A DNA stretch of 63,093 bases, counting the filler, from Octopus bimaculoides (lineage: Eukaryota): NCBI RefSeq assembly GCF_001194135.2. It is 3 parts of 2 records of this genome, joined end to end, with 100 filler letters (N's around TTAATTAATTAA, not from the genome) between each part and the next. Parts side by side here need not be neighbours in the genome. Positions count along the whole stretch, not along the records: positions 14,455 to 41,089 come from NC_068982.1; 2 more parts are not named here. One strand, written 5' to 3'. Made by a program: the position numbers and the translations under genes. This document shows positions 24,591 through 37,659 of the stretch, one piece after another (position 1 is the stretch's first letter; every line of letters begins with the position of its first letter). Below the pieces are notes generated by a model. That model saw only the letters and a list, made by a program, of their open reading frames with translations. It did not search any database and was not told the DNA's origin.

Positions 24591-27296
24591 TTCAATTCTC
24601 CTCTTCTTCAGAAGGAGCTGAATGCTGTCTGAAGACATGTAACTAGATTGACCATTCCTAGTTCATCTTATTAATTTGTGTGTAATATGTACTCATATAT
24701 AATGTACATCACTGATTTTGGGTTTTACTGCATACTGACTTTCCCAAAAAGAACTGCTTAGTCAGATTTATTGTCATTACTATCCAAAACACACTGAAAA
24801 ATTTCCTGGATGCAAAAATAAAACCCATAAACCAAATTCGAAAGTGACCATTTAACATAATTGATAAACAGAAGTCTTGCTGTTGACTTCAGTAAGAAAG
24901 GATATAAGGGACATAATGCTGAATGTAAACACTTTCATTACTGAATTCTTCCATTTAAATGCTTTCATTAAATTCATGAGACTATGATGGAGTGAAACAA
25001 ACATTTATGGATTGATACTAGTGAACACTATTAAAAATGCATTATTCACATAATAGTTTCAGGAGTCAGTCAGTGCTACGTAATATTTGCTGACGTAATA
25101 CTGGTCCATTTCTGTTCATGAATTGCATTCACCACAAAACTGAAGTGTGGACCTTTTTTGTAATATTATATTTACTTGTATCCAAGGATAGCTGTAAGCA
25201 AGCTATCAATAGCTTTAAGCTATCTATTAGCTTTTGTTCTAATTGCCATACAGGTGACAAGTCTCTTCATGCATGATTTATATGCCCAAGTAGAGAAAGA
25301 GATCTTTCTCCAGTTTCACATAAGGAGAAACAGTTTAGCATATTTTATTTTGTAATAACATAAAACTTAAAAACCAATCTTCTGATTTCATCTTTTGTTG
25401 TTAGTGTTTATAGTTTTGTTTCTAGTTACCTTTTTCTCTCAGAAATGCAATGAATTTAATTTCCAACACTTCTGCTGATGAATCTGTGTTTACTGGTGAA
25501 AGCTTTAATCAGATATGAATGATATAAGGTATCATCTCAAAATCAAATTCTCCGTAAGTGGTATTTATTTTGACTGTGACGTCCTCAACATTTGTTTGTT
25601 TATAGTACAGATTTTTTGACTGCTGCCTCCTAACATACACAGTCATTTGGGTGGTTTGGATGTGTGTGTGCGCACATGCACGCTATTGTCTGTCTATGTG
25701 TCTGGTTAGTGTATTCTGTGACTTTTAAGCCCAAATCAAGTATTAGTAGATTGCTTTTTTTGTCCCTTATATTTTTGAGTATTAAACTGTGAAAGTGCCA
25801 TCATTATTGTACAAAAATCTAACATTATTGTTGTGATTTAAAATTTTTCATTATAAATCATTTAGCTTGACTATCAATATGAATTACTTGAGGTTATGTT
25901 GGCCAGAATAATGCCATATATTTGAGGTAGAGAAAAAATAGGTACCATTCTTGAAAAAGCATGTATTTTACACAAATACAGTAAAAACCTTGACTCAATG
26001 TTCTGTACATCATCAAGGGGGATTTCCCCTCACCTCATCGAATGAAGTCAACTTAGCTTGAATCTTCTGTTGGATATGTGGCTGTTGAAATCAGATCTGA
26101 AGCAAACTTAAGTTACAGTAATCCAGCTAGGTTTTGATAGAAGATTTGTAGAATTTCTTTTATAAGCCTACTCTTCCCTGAGAAAGTTAAAATTTTTGAA
26201 TAAAGTCAATGAAATGTACTTCTTAGAATACTAGATTTTTCATCAGAAAAGTAACCGATTTTTTATGTAAACATATAATGATTTATTTAACATTTAATTG
26301 CTGAGTTAGCTTTTTTTAAAGTTTATATAGTTATTAGGGTATCTGTTTAGCCAAAGCAAATATGATCTGGTAGCCCATACATTCTTTCATTAATTGTTTT
26401 AAATACCTATAAAGTCCCTAGCCAACAAGAGAAAGGGCTGCGTTAGCTTTGGGGGTAGTACTGTTTTGCAGTTGAATAGACTAAAAGGAGCTTGAAGTGA
26501 AGTCTCTTGCTCAAAGATGCAACACTATACCTGATTCAAGAATTGAACCCACAATCATTTGATTGTGAACCTAACACCCTAACCACTTGGCTGTCACATA
26601 CTACTAATAATATCATTAAATCACAACTAATCATCTGTCTTAGGTTCAAATTGGTTTCATGTAATTGTGCAATCTAAGAGAAACTATTATTTTCAATGTT
26701 GACTAATTGTAATGTTTGTATCTGTAAGTAAGGTGAAATGAAATACCATATAGAAATAAGATTTGGATGCTAGTCGAAAGAATTACAACTGATTACTTTG
26801 ACCTCCTTTTTGAAGCTTATAGTAGAATATTGTAGATAGATCCTTTATGTTGGGTATAATAATGCTTTCAAGTAGGTTCCTTTTTCCTCAGATAAGAAGT
26901 TTTGTTTTTTCAACCTCGTTCATCTACTCTTCTATTTCTGCGCAGATCATAAACCCCTTATTAGATCTTTTCATTATTCTGTCTATTTCATAAACATGTA
27001 AATATAGTTTCAATAGTTTCATCTTCCTCGTTGTTGCCTTAAGATAACCTCAGTTCACGCATATCCTTAAGCGCCACATATTCATTCATTCAAGTTTATC
27101 ACACAGTCACTTATTTCTCTAATTTTGTCATAGATTGGCTGACCGAAAACTCTAAGATTTTTCAATTCTATTTTACTATTATCGATATTTGCTGTTTCAT
27201 TAAATTATGCTACCCAAATCCCAAAAGGATATTTTTCTCCCTCGTGTTCTGACCACCCTAATTCTGGCATCCCCTCTCTCTCTGCCTCACTCTGTC

Positions 27297-27353
<57 letters not shown>

Positions 27354-27729
27354 GTCTCTCTCTCTCTCTCTTTCTTTGCCTCACTGTCTTTCTCTCTCTT
27401 GCGATTACCACTTATTTTGCCGAGACTTCCCCCACCCCCACCCTATATAAACTAGCGCACACACTCGGATTCCCCAGCTTGAGTTTTAATACCTCTGCCG
27501 AAAGAATACGTATCCAGAAGATGCTCTCGTCTAAATTTGCTAGTTTGCAGTATGCCCGACCTCCCACCCCCTTCCACCTATACTGGAAGTTCCTATCCTC
27601 AGTCATCCTTTGGTTGTCTCTCATGAACACTTCTAAAAGGCTTTACGCCATCCCCACCTTTACTTAGAGTTTATCTCCTATGTAAGGTAGTGATCATATA
27701 GTGCATAAATATGATGGTGTAGTGTATGC

Positions 27730-29198
27730 AGGTTGAATTGAAGGCTATTGTTTGTTTATGAGAAGGGCCTGAGAGTCAACCTAGCTAAAACCAAAGTCCT
27801 AATAAGTAGGAAGGCAGACAAACCACAAATCCCTTCAGGTAGATGGCTCTGCTCGATGTGTAGAAAAAGTGTAGGTAGAAACTCTATTAGATGTACCCAG
27901 TGTAAGCTATGGACACATAAGAGGTGCAACAATATCAAAGGATGGCTAACTGGGAGGATAATTTTTGTATGTAGCAAATGCTCAGGAGCAATAAACACTG
28001 AAAATGTGCAGAGTACAACTTCTGCCACATTCCAGGGAGAAAAACTAGAAGTAGTTGATAACTTCCGTTACCTAGGTGACTAAGTCAGTAGCGGGGGAGG
28101 GTGTTCTGAAAGTGTAGCTGCTAGAATAAGAATAACCCAGGGAAAGTTCAGAGAGCTCTTACCTCTGCTGGTGACAAAGGGTCTCTCGCTCAGAGTAAAA
28201 GGTAGACTGTATGATGCATGTGTACGAACAGCCATGCTACATGGCAGTGAAACATGGGCTGTGACTGATGAGGACATGTGTAAGCTTGCAAGGAATGAAG
28301 CCAGTATGCTCCGCTGGATGTGTAATGTCAGTGTGCATACTTGACAGAGCGTAAGTACCTTGAGATAAAAGTTGGACCTAGAATCATCAGATGTGGTGTG
28401 CAAGAGAGACGACTGCGCTGGTATGGTCATGTGGCGAGAATGGATGAGGATAGCTGTGTGAAAAAGTGCCACACCTTAGCAGTTGAGGGAATCTGTGGAA
28501 GAGGTAGACCCAAGAAGACCTGGGATGAGGTGGTGAAGCACGACTTTCGAACATTGGGCCTCATCAAGGCAATGACTAGTGACCGAAACCTTTGGAAATA
28601 TGCTGTGCTTGAGAAGATCTGGCAAGCCAAGTGAGACCATAACCCGTGGCCTATGCCAGGGGTGTAATAAGCCCACTTATGCGTACCTTTCCTTCATTGG
28701 ATACTAAACTCTGCTTGCGAAGACTTGTTGAGGCAAGTGAAATCGAAATCAAATTCGATGACAGCACCGCATGACGGGCATCCGTGTTAGTGGAGCGCTA
28801 AGAGCACCATCCGAGCATGATTGCTGTCAGAGCAGCTGACTGGCTTCTGTGCTGGTGGCACATAAAAAGCACCATTCGAGCGTGATCGTTAACAGTGTCA
28901 CCTTACTGGCACGGGAAGAGTATTCGAGCAAGATCGTTGCCAGTGCTGCTGGATTGGCTCCTGTGCAGGTAGCACGTAAAAAGCACCATTTGAGCATGCC
29001 CATTGCCAGTACCACCTGACTGGCCCTTGTGCCAGTGGCATGTAAAAGTACCCACTACACTCTTGGAATGGTTGGCATTAGGAAGGGCATCCAGCTGTAG
29101 AAACTCTGCCAGATCAGATTAGAGCTTGGTGCAACCATCTGGTTCGCCAGTGCTCAGTCAAATTGTCCAACCCATGCCAGCATGGAAAGTGGACATTC

Positions 29199-29230
<32 letters not shown>
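27730..29230 (+). mobile_element. RTE LINE 3' half (RT C-terminus, 3' UTR/SINE-like tail, (GAT)n end)
   Basis: GLRVNLAKTKVL..CSMCRKSVGRNSIRCTQCKLWTHKRC..FRYLGD, KGRLYDAC..SETW, RRLRWYGHVARMDED..GRGRPKKTWDEVV, and (GAT)n at ~29199-29230. Confidence 0.93.
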
Positions 29231-29231
<1 letters not shown>

Positions 29232-30137
29232 AGAAATTTTATGTGTGATTTATAGCGCCTTCATCAAATTCTGCACAGCATATGAGGATTCCAAATAAAT
29301 TTCTAGGACATACATATATACACAGCACACAGTTGAGTAATGCTAATAATCTCTATGCATATCCATTTGCTCGTTTCATAGCTGAACTTAAAATATCAAG
29401 GAAGATACATTAATGATAATGCTGAAAAAAAAAAATGTTTTTATTAATACTTAGAAGAAAGAAAGAAAGGAAACAAAAAGAACGGTCACAATTGTTTGGT
29501 CTGATTATTACCTTATTTAGATATTTCAACCTCCTAAAAACAAATTACTGTTTTGTATTATTAAAGAAAGAAGGAAAGAAAGAAATCTAGTCAAATTTAG
29601 TACAAGTGTAAATAGTTAGTTTAAAATTGACTACCTTGCTATAGTTATCTATGGTTTAGTTATTTCTCATTTAATGATTTCATCAATTTTGCTCAGTTAT
29701 TAACTCTTCGAGTTAATTTCTATTGATTGTACTGAATACAACACCCTCCCCCACTTTTCTTTTTCTTTGCTTTATAATTAAAGACACAAAGAAGCTGTTT
29801 CAAATGTAGTTGTAATATATTATTTATCTGAAGCTAACTGATATTTAATGAACACTCTCAAAGTAAGTTGTAGAAATGTTTGAAATGCAGGCTGCAAGCC
29901 AATTCTTCAATCCAGTACAGGTCAAAGAGTACTTTTTAGATTTCTTACTCTGTTACTTGCTTTATCTTTGAATAGTAAATAGTTTTGTTGAGGCAGAGAA
30001 AAGGATGTTTTTAATACATAGTTGAGAGGAAGTTGTGACAACTTTCTAGTAACCTTTCTAGACTTCTTCAGACAAGAGAATAGAAAAAGATAAGTAAGGG
30101 ATTAGGGGTTAATGTTTAGCTTGAATTTTTCAAGGTA

Positions 30138-31421
30138 TTGGGTCATCCCATAAATAATGCGGCTTTTTTCAATTTCATGAACTGAAAGTTGAAGGAGGAC
30201 AGGATTAACTACCTGCATCGACTTGCTATAAAAGCAGGCAGTAATTTTATCTTGTCCTTATTCTTAGTGCAACTTTTGAAGAGTGCAGTTCGATTTTAAG
30301 TTACTTTTTCAAAGTTATAATGGAAGTGACAAAGGAGCACATTCGACATATTTTGCTTTATGAGTTCAATAAAGGCAACAATGCAACGGAAAGTGCAAGG
30401 AATATTAATGCAGTATATGGGGATTGGACAATAAGTGTAAGCCAGTGTCAATGGTGGTTCCAGAAATTCCGAGCCTGAAACTACAGCCTAGAAGACGAGT
30501 CTCGTCCTGGAAAATCTGTAGAGTTCAATGAGGACATCCTGCGAACCCCGGTGGAACAAAATCCTATCATAACTGAAGAAGAACTTGCAAAGAAGCTTGA
30601 ATTTTGTCATTCAACCATTCATCGACACCCATGTGCCATCAGAAAAGTTAGCAAATTAGGTCAATGGGTTCCTCAAAAGCTTTCTGAGTCTAATTGCATG
30701 CAGAGAGTGAATGTGTGCTCTTCTTTGCCGTCACATCTCACAAATGTACCTTTTTGAACTGAATAGTGACTGGTGATGAGAAATGGGTTCTCTATAAAAT
30801 TGTCAAATGCCAAAGACAGTGGGTAGGGAAAGGAGAAACACTGGCACCCCAGGCTGAAGAAGGTCTTCACCCATGTAAGGTGGTGGTGTTATCTGTTTGG
30901 TGGATATGAAAGGTTTAGTTCACTTTGAACTTTTAAACCCAAACCAAACCATAACAAAGGAGATCTACTGCAAGCACCTTGAGTAGCTTAAGTCAGTGCT
31001 AGAAGAAAAACGACCATCTTTGGTTTCAAAACGAGAGGTGTTCTTCTATCAGGATAATGCTCAGCCACATGTAGCAAGGATGACATTCCAAAGGCTGGAG
31101 CAGTTTGAATGGGACACAATGCTCCACTCACCATACTTGCCGGACATTGCCACATCTGATTATCATTTATTTTGCAGTATTCATAATCCTTTGGATGGAA
31201 AAATTATGAATTTTGTAGATGAGGTCAGAACATTACTAGAGGAGTATCGTTTGTTATGGACAAGTGAATTTCAGAAGAGAGGCCTTGCAAGTCTACCTGA
31301 TAGATGAAAGAGCATTGTAGAAAATGAAGGAGAGTATATTTTAGATTAAAAAAGAACTTTATCTTAATTTTGAAAAACGAAAGAAATATAAGAAAGCCAC
31401 ATTATTTATGGAATGACCCAG
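30138..31421 (+). mobile_element. Full-length (1284 bp) mariner element, transposase pseudogene (~30320-31349)
   Basis: TIRs TTGGGTCATCCCATAAATAATG / CATTATTTATGGAATGACCCAG with TA TSD. Translation MEVTKEHIRHILLYEFNKG, WVPQKL, IVTGDEKW, QDNAQPH, HSPYLPDIATSDYHLF, with stops and frameshifts. Confidence 0.95.
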
Positions 31422-33461
31422 TATATTTTTGAAAGGAACGCATAAGTTTAGGAAGGATTGAGAGAGGTACAATTCTGGAAAGAAAACAATTGATAAAATA
31501 TTTTAGCACATGATGAAAAAGGTGACATACTGATGACGTGATGGAGAAAAGACAGTTAGGTGTGAGTTCTGATTTGTTAAGAGCATGGCTTCAATTGGAT
31601 GTAGTCCAAAATATGCATATGGTGATGGCAGTGCTGTCTTGGATACATGCTGAATTTTGTAGGATTGGCAGTTTTTTCCTTTTATATATTTGTAGTATTT
31701 TCTGACTGAGAAAATGCCATGACAGTCACTGAATAAAAGTTGGAAGAGAAACTATTAAGAGATAATTATGAATGTTTGAAAATAAAGTTATGAAAAATAG
31801 TGAATATTCATTTTTAACAAAATAAATTTAAATCTGTTGAAATTTCATTTTCTTGTAAACTAAATTTAAAATAGTTGTTAAAGTAAGATATCAAAAAAGT
31901 AAAATATACCTTCTAAATTAGCATTTCAGTGTTGGGTATTAGTAGCGAGGTTCTTTGCCTATATTAATGTTGCAACAGTTGCAGGAGATATAAACTGTTT
32001 GAATGGCATATCTTACAGATGTCAGTCATTTACTTATTGCATGCCACACAGATTCTTTACATCCTACACACTCTAAAAAAAATAAATTCACTCCAACTAA
32101 TGGAAACTTTCTTTTCCTCCTTGGTTTTCTCTCACCTTGAGACAACTTTTGCAAAGGCTTCATTTACTCCCCCGCCTCCACACACACACAACTTTATAAA
32201 CAAATAAACTGCATATATCCTATTTTCATACCACAGTTACCAGACGTAAGTAAAAATGAATGTTACATCAGAAAAGAATTAGATACAATGTTAGTATTAA
32301 CACATTTTTAAAACTAGTTTATAATATGATCTCTTTTGATTGAATCAAAATAGAAGACTACCCATATATTGGCTGTATAGAAGTAAAGAGGTTGGATAAT
32401 TTGTATTTGCTGATAACTGTGGCTGGTTTTCCAGAAATTATGTGTGGTGGGGTCTGATGAACTGCTGATGGATAAAAAGTTGACATCTCTTTCATTGTGT
32501 CAACTACTATATAGAACCATTTTGCATTATAACACTTTCTGCTTGGTGCCAACTTTTTATAGTTCTGAATTTCTAATGGATCTTTTCCAGGGCAAAATAT
32601 ACTCTCATATAAACTGTTAGCACTGATAAAAGTATTTGAAAACAGGTTATATAAATAATTAAAATAAGGCCACACCATATCTTGCTAATCCAAGTTCCTA
32701 TTCATTTTTCTCTCCAGTATGTCTGCTGTGGGAATTTGCCTCTGCATCAGATATTTTATTGTAGCCAGTTTTGTTTCGGTGGGGACACTGTATGACACAT
32801 GCAAACATGGACATTAGAATGATGTTGTTGTTGCTGTTTGATACTGCTGTATATGCCACTTTGTCTTATATAAGCTATTGTAGTTGTTATCATCATTGTT
32901 TTTACATCCATTCTTTCCATACTTGCATGGGTTGAAAGAGTTCTTGAGACAGTATTCTGTGCCAGCTCTTCTTATTTTTGTTTCACATGATGAAACCATG
33001 AGTTGATAAACATATTGTTTATGAGATGTAAACATTATCATTTTTGGTTACACAGTTACTATCTGGTAGAAACACACATGCATGTCTTATGTATGCATAT
33101 GATTACAGTGGGCTGTATGCATATGTAGTTTCTGTTCACTAAATTTCATTTACAAGGCATTCATTTGTCAGTCAGAGGTTATGTTAGAAGGCATTTGCCT
33201 GAAGTGCCACACAGTGGGATGGAACACAAAACCATGTGGTTAGGAAGCAAACTTATCCACTCACCCATAACTGAAGCTACACTGTGCTTCATCAACATTT
33301 TATTCACCAATGGGTTTTATTGTTTTTTGAAAACATGTTTTGTGTCTAAATTTCCAAAAGTAATTGTAATTTGAAAAGCTTTAACATTCAAGTTGTTCTG
33401 TACTGTAATGTTCTCATGAGTGAAGTGAAGGTAGTGTATGTATTCCAAAATGCTCTGATAG

Positions 33462-35653
33462 CACTGGGCGATGAAAAAATTGTTCTTGTCTGATGCCTGG
33501 AATATTTCAGTGAATTTGTAAGTGATTTTGCCTGCTAAATTCAAAAATAACTACAGTTTTTCTCTATCAGGTCTAGTTTTCTGACTAGACCTGATAGGGT
33601 AAGTATTTTATTTATACTGGAGGCATATAATATAAATCAATAAAGAGAGAGTAACACAAATCAAAACAAAGTACAAATAAAAATTGAAAATTGAAAATGC
33701 ACATTGGCAAATATTTTTGGCAGAAAATTCAAGGAATAAATTTACACTTCTTTTGTGCACCATAAATGTTGAGCAACAGGAGTATCTCGTTTTAAACACC
33801 AGCAATAGTCTGCCATCATCACAGCATCCCAACGTCCTTGGTACCGAGTTTCTATCTTGTTGATGTTCTGATGGAATCGTTTGTCTTGTTCATCACTAAC
33901 CTCTCCGAGATTTTCAGAAAAACGATCAAGATAACTAAAAAGATAATGCATTTTGATGCTCATATTCATGCCAATATTATGAAAAGTTGATATCAAGTTA
34001 GTCACAAGGTCTTTAAAGTTTTCACTTTTGTGTTTCCCAAGGAAATTTTGCACTACTTCTGCAAATGCTAACCAAGCTGATATTTCATTCCCGCTCATTG
34101 TTTTCACGAAATTTGTGTCCTTCAAGAGCTTATGGATTTGTGGTCTATCAAAGATCCCTGCTTTAAGTAATTCATTCGTCAAGTCTTGAAATACATTGCA
34201 GATATACTCGAATCACTCCCCATTTTTGTCAAGAGCTTTGACAAATTGCTTGATCAATCCGAATTTGATGTGTAAAGTGGGGGAAATGATCTTATCTCGC
34301 TCAACTAAAGGTTCTTCCAATATATTGGCAACTCTACATGGAACCATATTTGTTCAAGGTGGCCAGTCTTTCTTAACATAGTAGTTTACTTGGTCTCTAG
34401 TGTCCCACATGCAAAGAAAGCATGAGTATTTGGTATAACCAGATTGCTGTTCCATGAGAAAATTCACCATCCTTAAGTCAATGCAGATGACCCATTTATG
34501 ATCATGATACAGTATCTTCTCTAAGACCAACTTAATTTCTTCTTATTTTTCCCTCAGAGTTGTTGAGTGGCCGAGTGGGACAGAGCCATACACATTTCCA
34601 TTGTGCAACAATACACATTTTAAACTATGCTTAGAACTGTCTATGAAAAGACGTCCATTCCTCTGTTTTGTATTCCTCAATGCCAAGTTTATTAAGAAGC
34701 CCAATAAACCAGCTCTTCCTCTTTTGTGAAGAAAGAAAGGAACTCTTCATACTGATTCCGATAAAAGGTTATACGGACACCATTCTCTAGAAGATTCTTC
34801 ACTTTCAGTCAGGAAGCCAACAGTTCTGCAGAATGTTTTGGGAGTTTCAAGCCATGAACTCAATCATTCAGCTCTACCTGGGAGAATAGCTGAGGTAAAG
34901 TCTCCACTGAAAAGTCTTGATACCTGGTGTCATCTTCAAGTGATGAATCTTTTTTGGTTGAGTGTAAAGTTACCTGAGACAAGACATTGAAGACAGGAAC
35001 AGGAAGCTTTTCACTGTGTGGAACTGGTCTAATAACATAGGCAAGATTAGGATAGACAAGTGTTTGTCAATTTTTCCGTTTAATACCCTTCAAAGTTAGG
35101 TTAGAAAAATAGCAGTCGTCCACATGATTATAGGGCTACCGCCATACCATTGGTGTAGCAAACCTCATACTTTTCTTTGTCCTTTTGGTCCATTGTCGCA
35201 AATGTTCTGTACGTTGTTTACAGATACTATGCAGTGCCCAATATTTATCTTGGTCTTCCAGCTTGATCAAAAATATGCCATATATGCTATTTCAACAAAA
35301 TTAGTTATGTTTTTTTGATCTTCAGGCAATGTCTATTCTCCACAAACGTAACAAAACACATTTGGAGAATTAATGCAACATTTTCTGGAAGAGGACATCT
35401 TGCTCATTTTCTGTTGCTTAATTCACCACAAAATCTAAAAAGTATGGAAAAAGAAAAAAAAACTTAGAATTAGAATAAGGTAACGAACACTGCATACCAG
35501 ACGTACACACATACATAGTGGCTATAGAGATGTTCAATAACTTAAACACTAGATCTGAGAGGTCAAAAAGGGGGTTATATTTGGATTCAGGAGACCAAAT
35601 TTGTATAGGAATGATGTCTGTTTCCTAAACACCAAAAACCTTGTAGACCAGTG
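33462..35653 (-). mobile_element. Chapaev3-like DNA transposon, complete with both ends, disrupted transposase
   Basis: Ends CACTGG.../...CCAGTG with TAG/TAA flanks and matching subterminal motifs. N-terminus MSSSRKCCINSPNVFCYVCG..QDKYWALHSICKQ; PPLHIKFGLIKQFVKAL; ORF 33742-34182 GIFDRPQI..ENLGEVSDEQDKRFHQ..RYQGRWD..MMADYCW. The family name comes from recalled motifs. Confidence 0.8.
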
Positions 35654-35839
35654 TAATACTACAACTGTATTAGATCTCTTGAAATTTGGTGAATCCTCAA
35701 TTTATAAATATGTGAAAGCGAGGTTTAGTTCTGGCAATATTTCTAGATTTATATGTATTGAGTTTCCAGTGGGTTTGTCCTTATGTTCTTGTTTTGCCAA
35801 TATGTGCTTATTTCAAAGTTACAGGCAGCTAGTTAACTA

Positions 35840-36240
35840 GAACATAGTGGTTTTCTGTGTCATTAAAAAGCTTGCTTCACAACTATGTGGTTTGGGGTTC
35901 AGTCCCACTGAACATCACCCTGGGCAGTTGTCTTCTACTATCGTCCTTGGCTGATCGAAGCTTGTTTGAGTGGATTTGGTAGACAGAGATTAAAAGAAGT
36001 GCATCATATGTTTATATGTATTTGTAAGTGCCCTTGTCTTGAGATGATATGGTGATTGTAAGTGAGCATTACCACCATAGAAGTGATGTTGTTCATTTCC
36101 AGTCTTCCATGGAGGAAATAATCCCTTGCTTGGAATCAGGTGGGAGTTGGCGGCAGAAAACATCCAGCTGTTGAAAATCAGCCTCATCAAATTCTACCTG
36201 GTCCATACAAGCATGGGAAAGTGAACATTAAATGATGATA
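35840..36240 (+). mobile_element. Degenerate SINE head and body
   Basis: AAGCTTGCTTCACAACTATGTGGTTTGGGGTTCAGTCCCACTG head motif and a (GAT)n-like end. Confidence 0.65.
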
Positions 36241-37659
36241 ATGAGATGAGGACATACTGTTGCATTTCTGCTTCTCAGTAATTTTTGGAAGAAGAAAAGA
36301 AAGCTTTAAAACGTTCACTAAAAATCAAGGTTAAATTGTTTGTGATTGGAATATCATCTTGATACCAGCTGCCCCTAATCTCCTAGCATAAAGATGCTCC
36401 CCTCTTCTAAATCATTGTAGTCTAGAAAGCTGCATAGCAACTTCACTAGTACAAGTGCCATGAGAAAGCATTTGCCCTAGAGTACAGTTGTTGGTGTTAG
36501 GTCATCCACCTGTAGAAATCATGCAAAAGCAGACACTGGAGCACAATGCAGTCCTTGAACCAATTGGATTCTGTTAAAACATCCAACCCTTGCCAGCATG
36601 GAACATGGATGTTTATATGATGCTGTTTTTAGAATTTAAGTTTCTGCACATCTAAGACTTCTATTATCAATGATTTTAGAGCCTTTCTGCCATTTGAGCG
36701 TCAGATTCTTTTTTACATTTTGAACCATTGAACCATGAAATGAACAGGGTATTTGCACATAGGGTTTTAATGTAATGAGAGAAAACAATGCATGTATTAG
36801 AAATTTAATCCATGTTTTTAACTATTTCATAGTCTTAACCATATACAAGCATTGCACTTTTATTAAATTTGAAATATGTATGCATGGATGCATATATTAG
36901 TGTGTGTGCACTTGTAGTATGAGTGAATGCCTAGCCTATTCATTAACGTTGAATATTATTGAAATGATGTAAAATTTGACATCATATCTCTGCAATAATT
37001 GTGTAGGAATATTTGAACAATTCAAAATAAACATTCACAAAATGCTGTTTATAAATATAATTACATCTAAAGCTATTGCTTTCCCTTTTTTTAAATATTA
37101 TTTTTCATTATCTGTAAGTAGTATTATTGAATTTTTTTTTGTTGTAGAATTTAATATATAGGTTATGGAATGTGGATAACATCATAAACTGATTTCTCTT
37201 ATTATGCACAGTAAAATTCAAATGTCTCAATAATGCAATGTGTCACCTTCTTCCATATCAATATACTGACTGATGCAATAAATGATTATATATACATATA
37301 TCTGTGACCTTGCAAAATGTATTTGAAATGTTTACAGTCATAGCTTATTATCAGAAATGAAAATATGCACAGAAATTTTTGAACAATGCTCTTTATAAAG
37401 CACCATTTTCCTTGGAGTATGTTATATTTTCAAGCATGAAAAGAAAAGTTTTGTAAAAACACTTTGATTTTCTGTAATGTTTTCTGAATACCTTTGTTTG
37501 TAAATATAATGGAATTGTCAGCATTGAAGCTTATTAGTCAAATTCTTAATTGTAAGCTCATAAGTATTTAAAAGAACAAACAAAAGAAACTGTCAGTAAA
37601 TTTTGCATCTCACTTAGTTTTCAAAATATTGCTGAAAATATTATTTTGAAAATATGCAC

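Noticed and set aside
32358-32678. 106-aa ORF on the minus strand
   Set aside because: PGKDPLEIQNY suggests a decayed LINE RT (GKDP..NYRPI) rather than a host gene; too weak to list as a feature.
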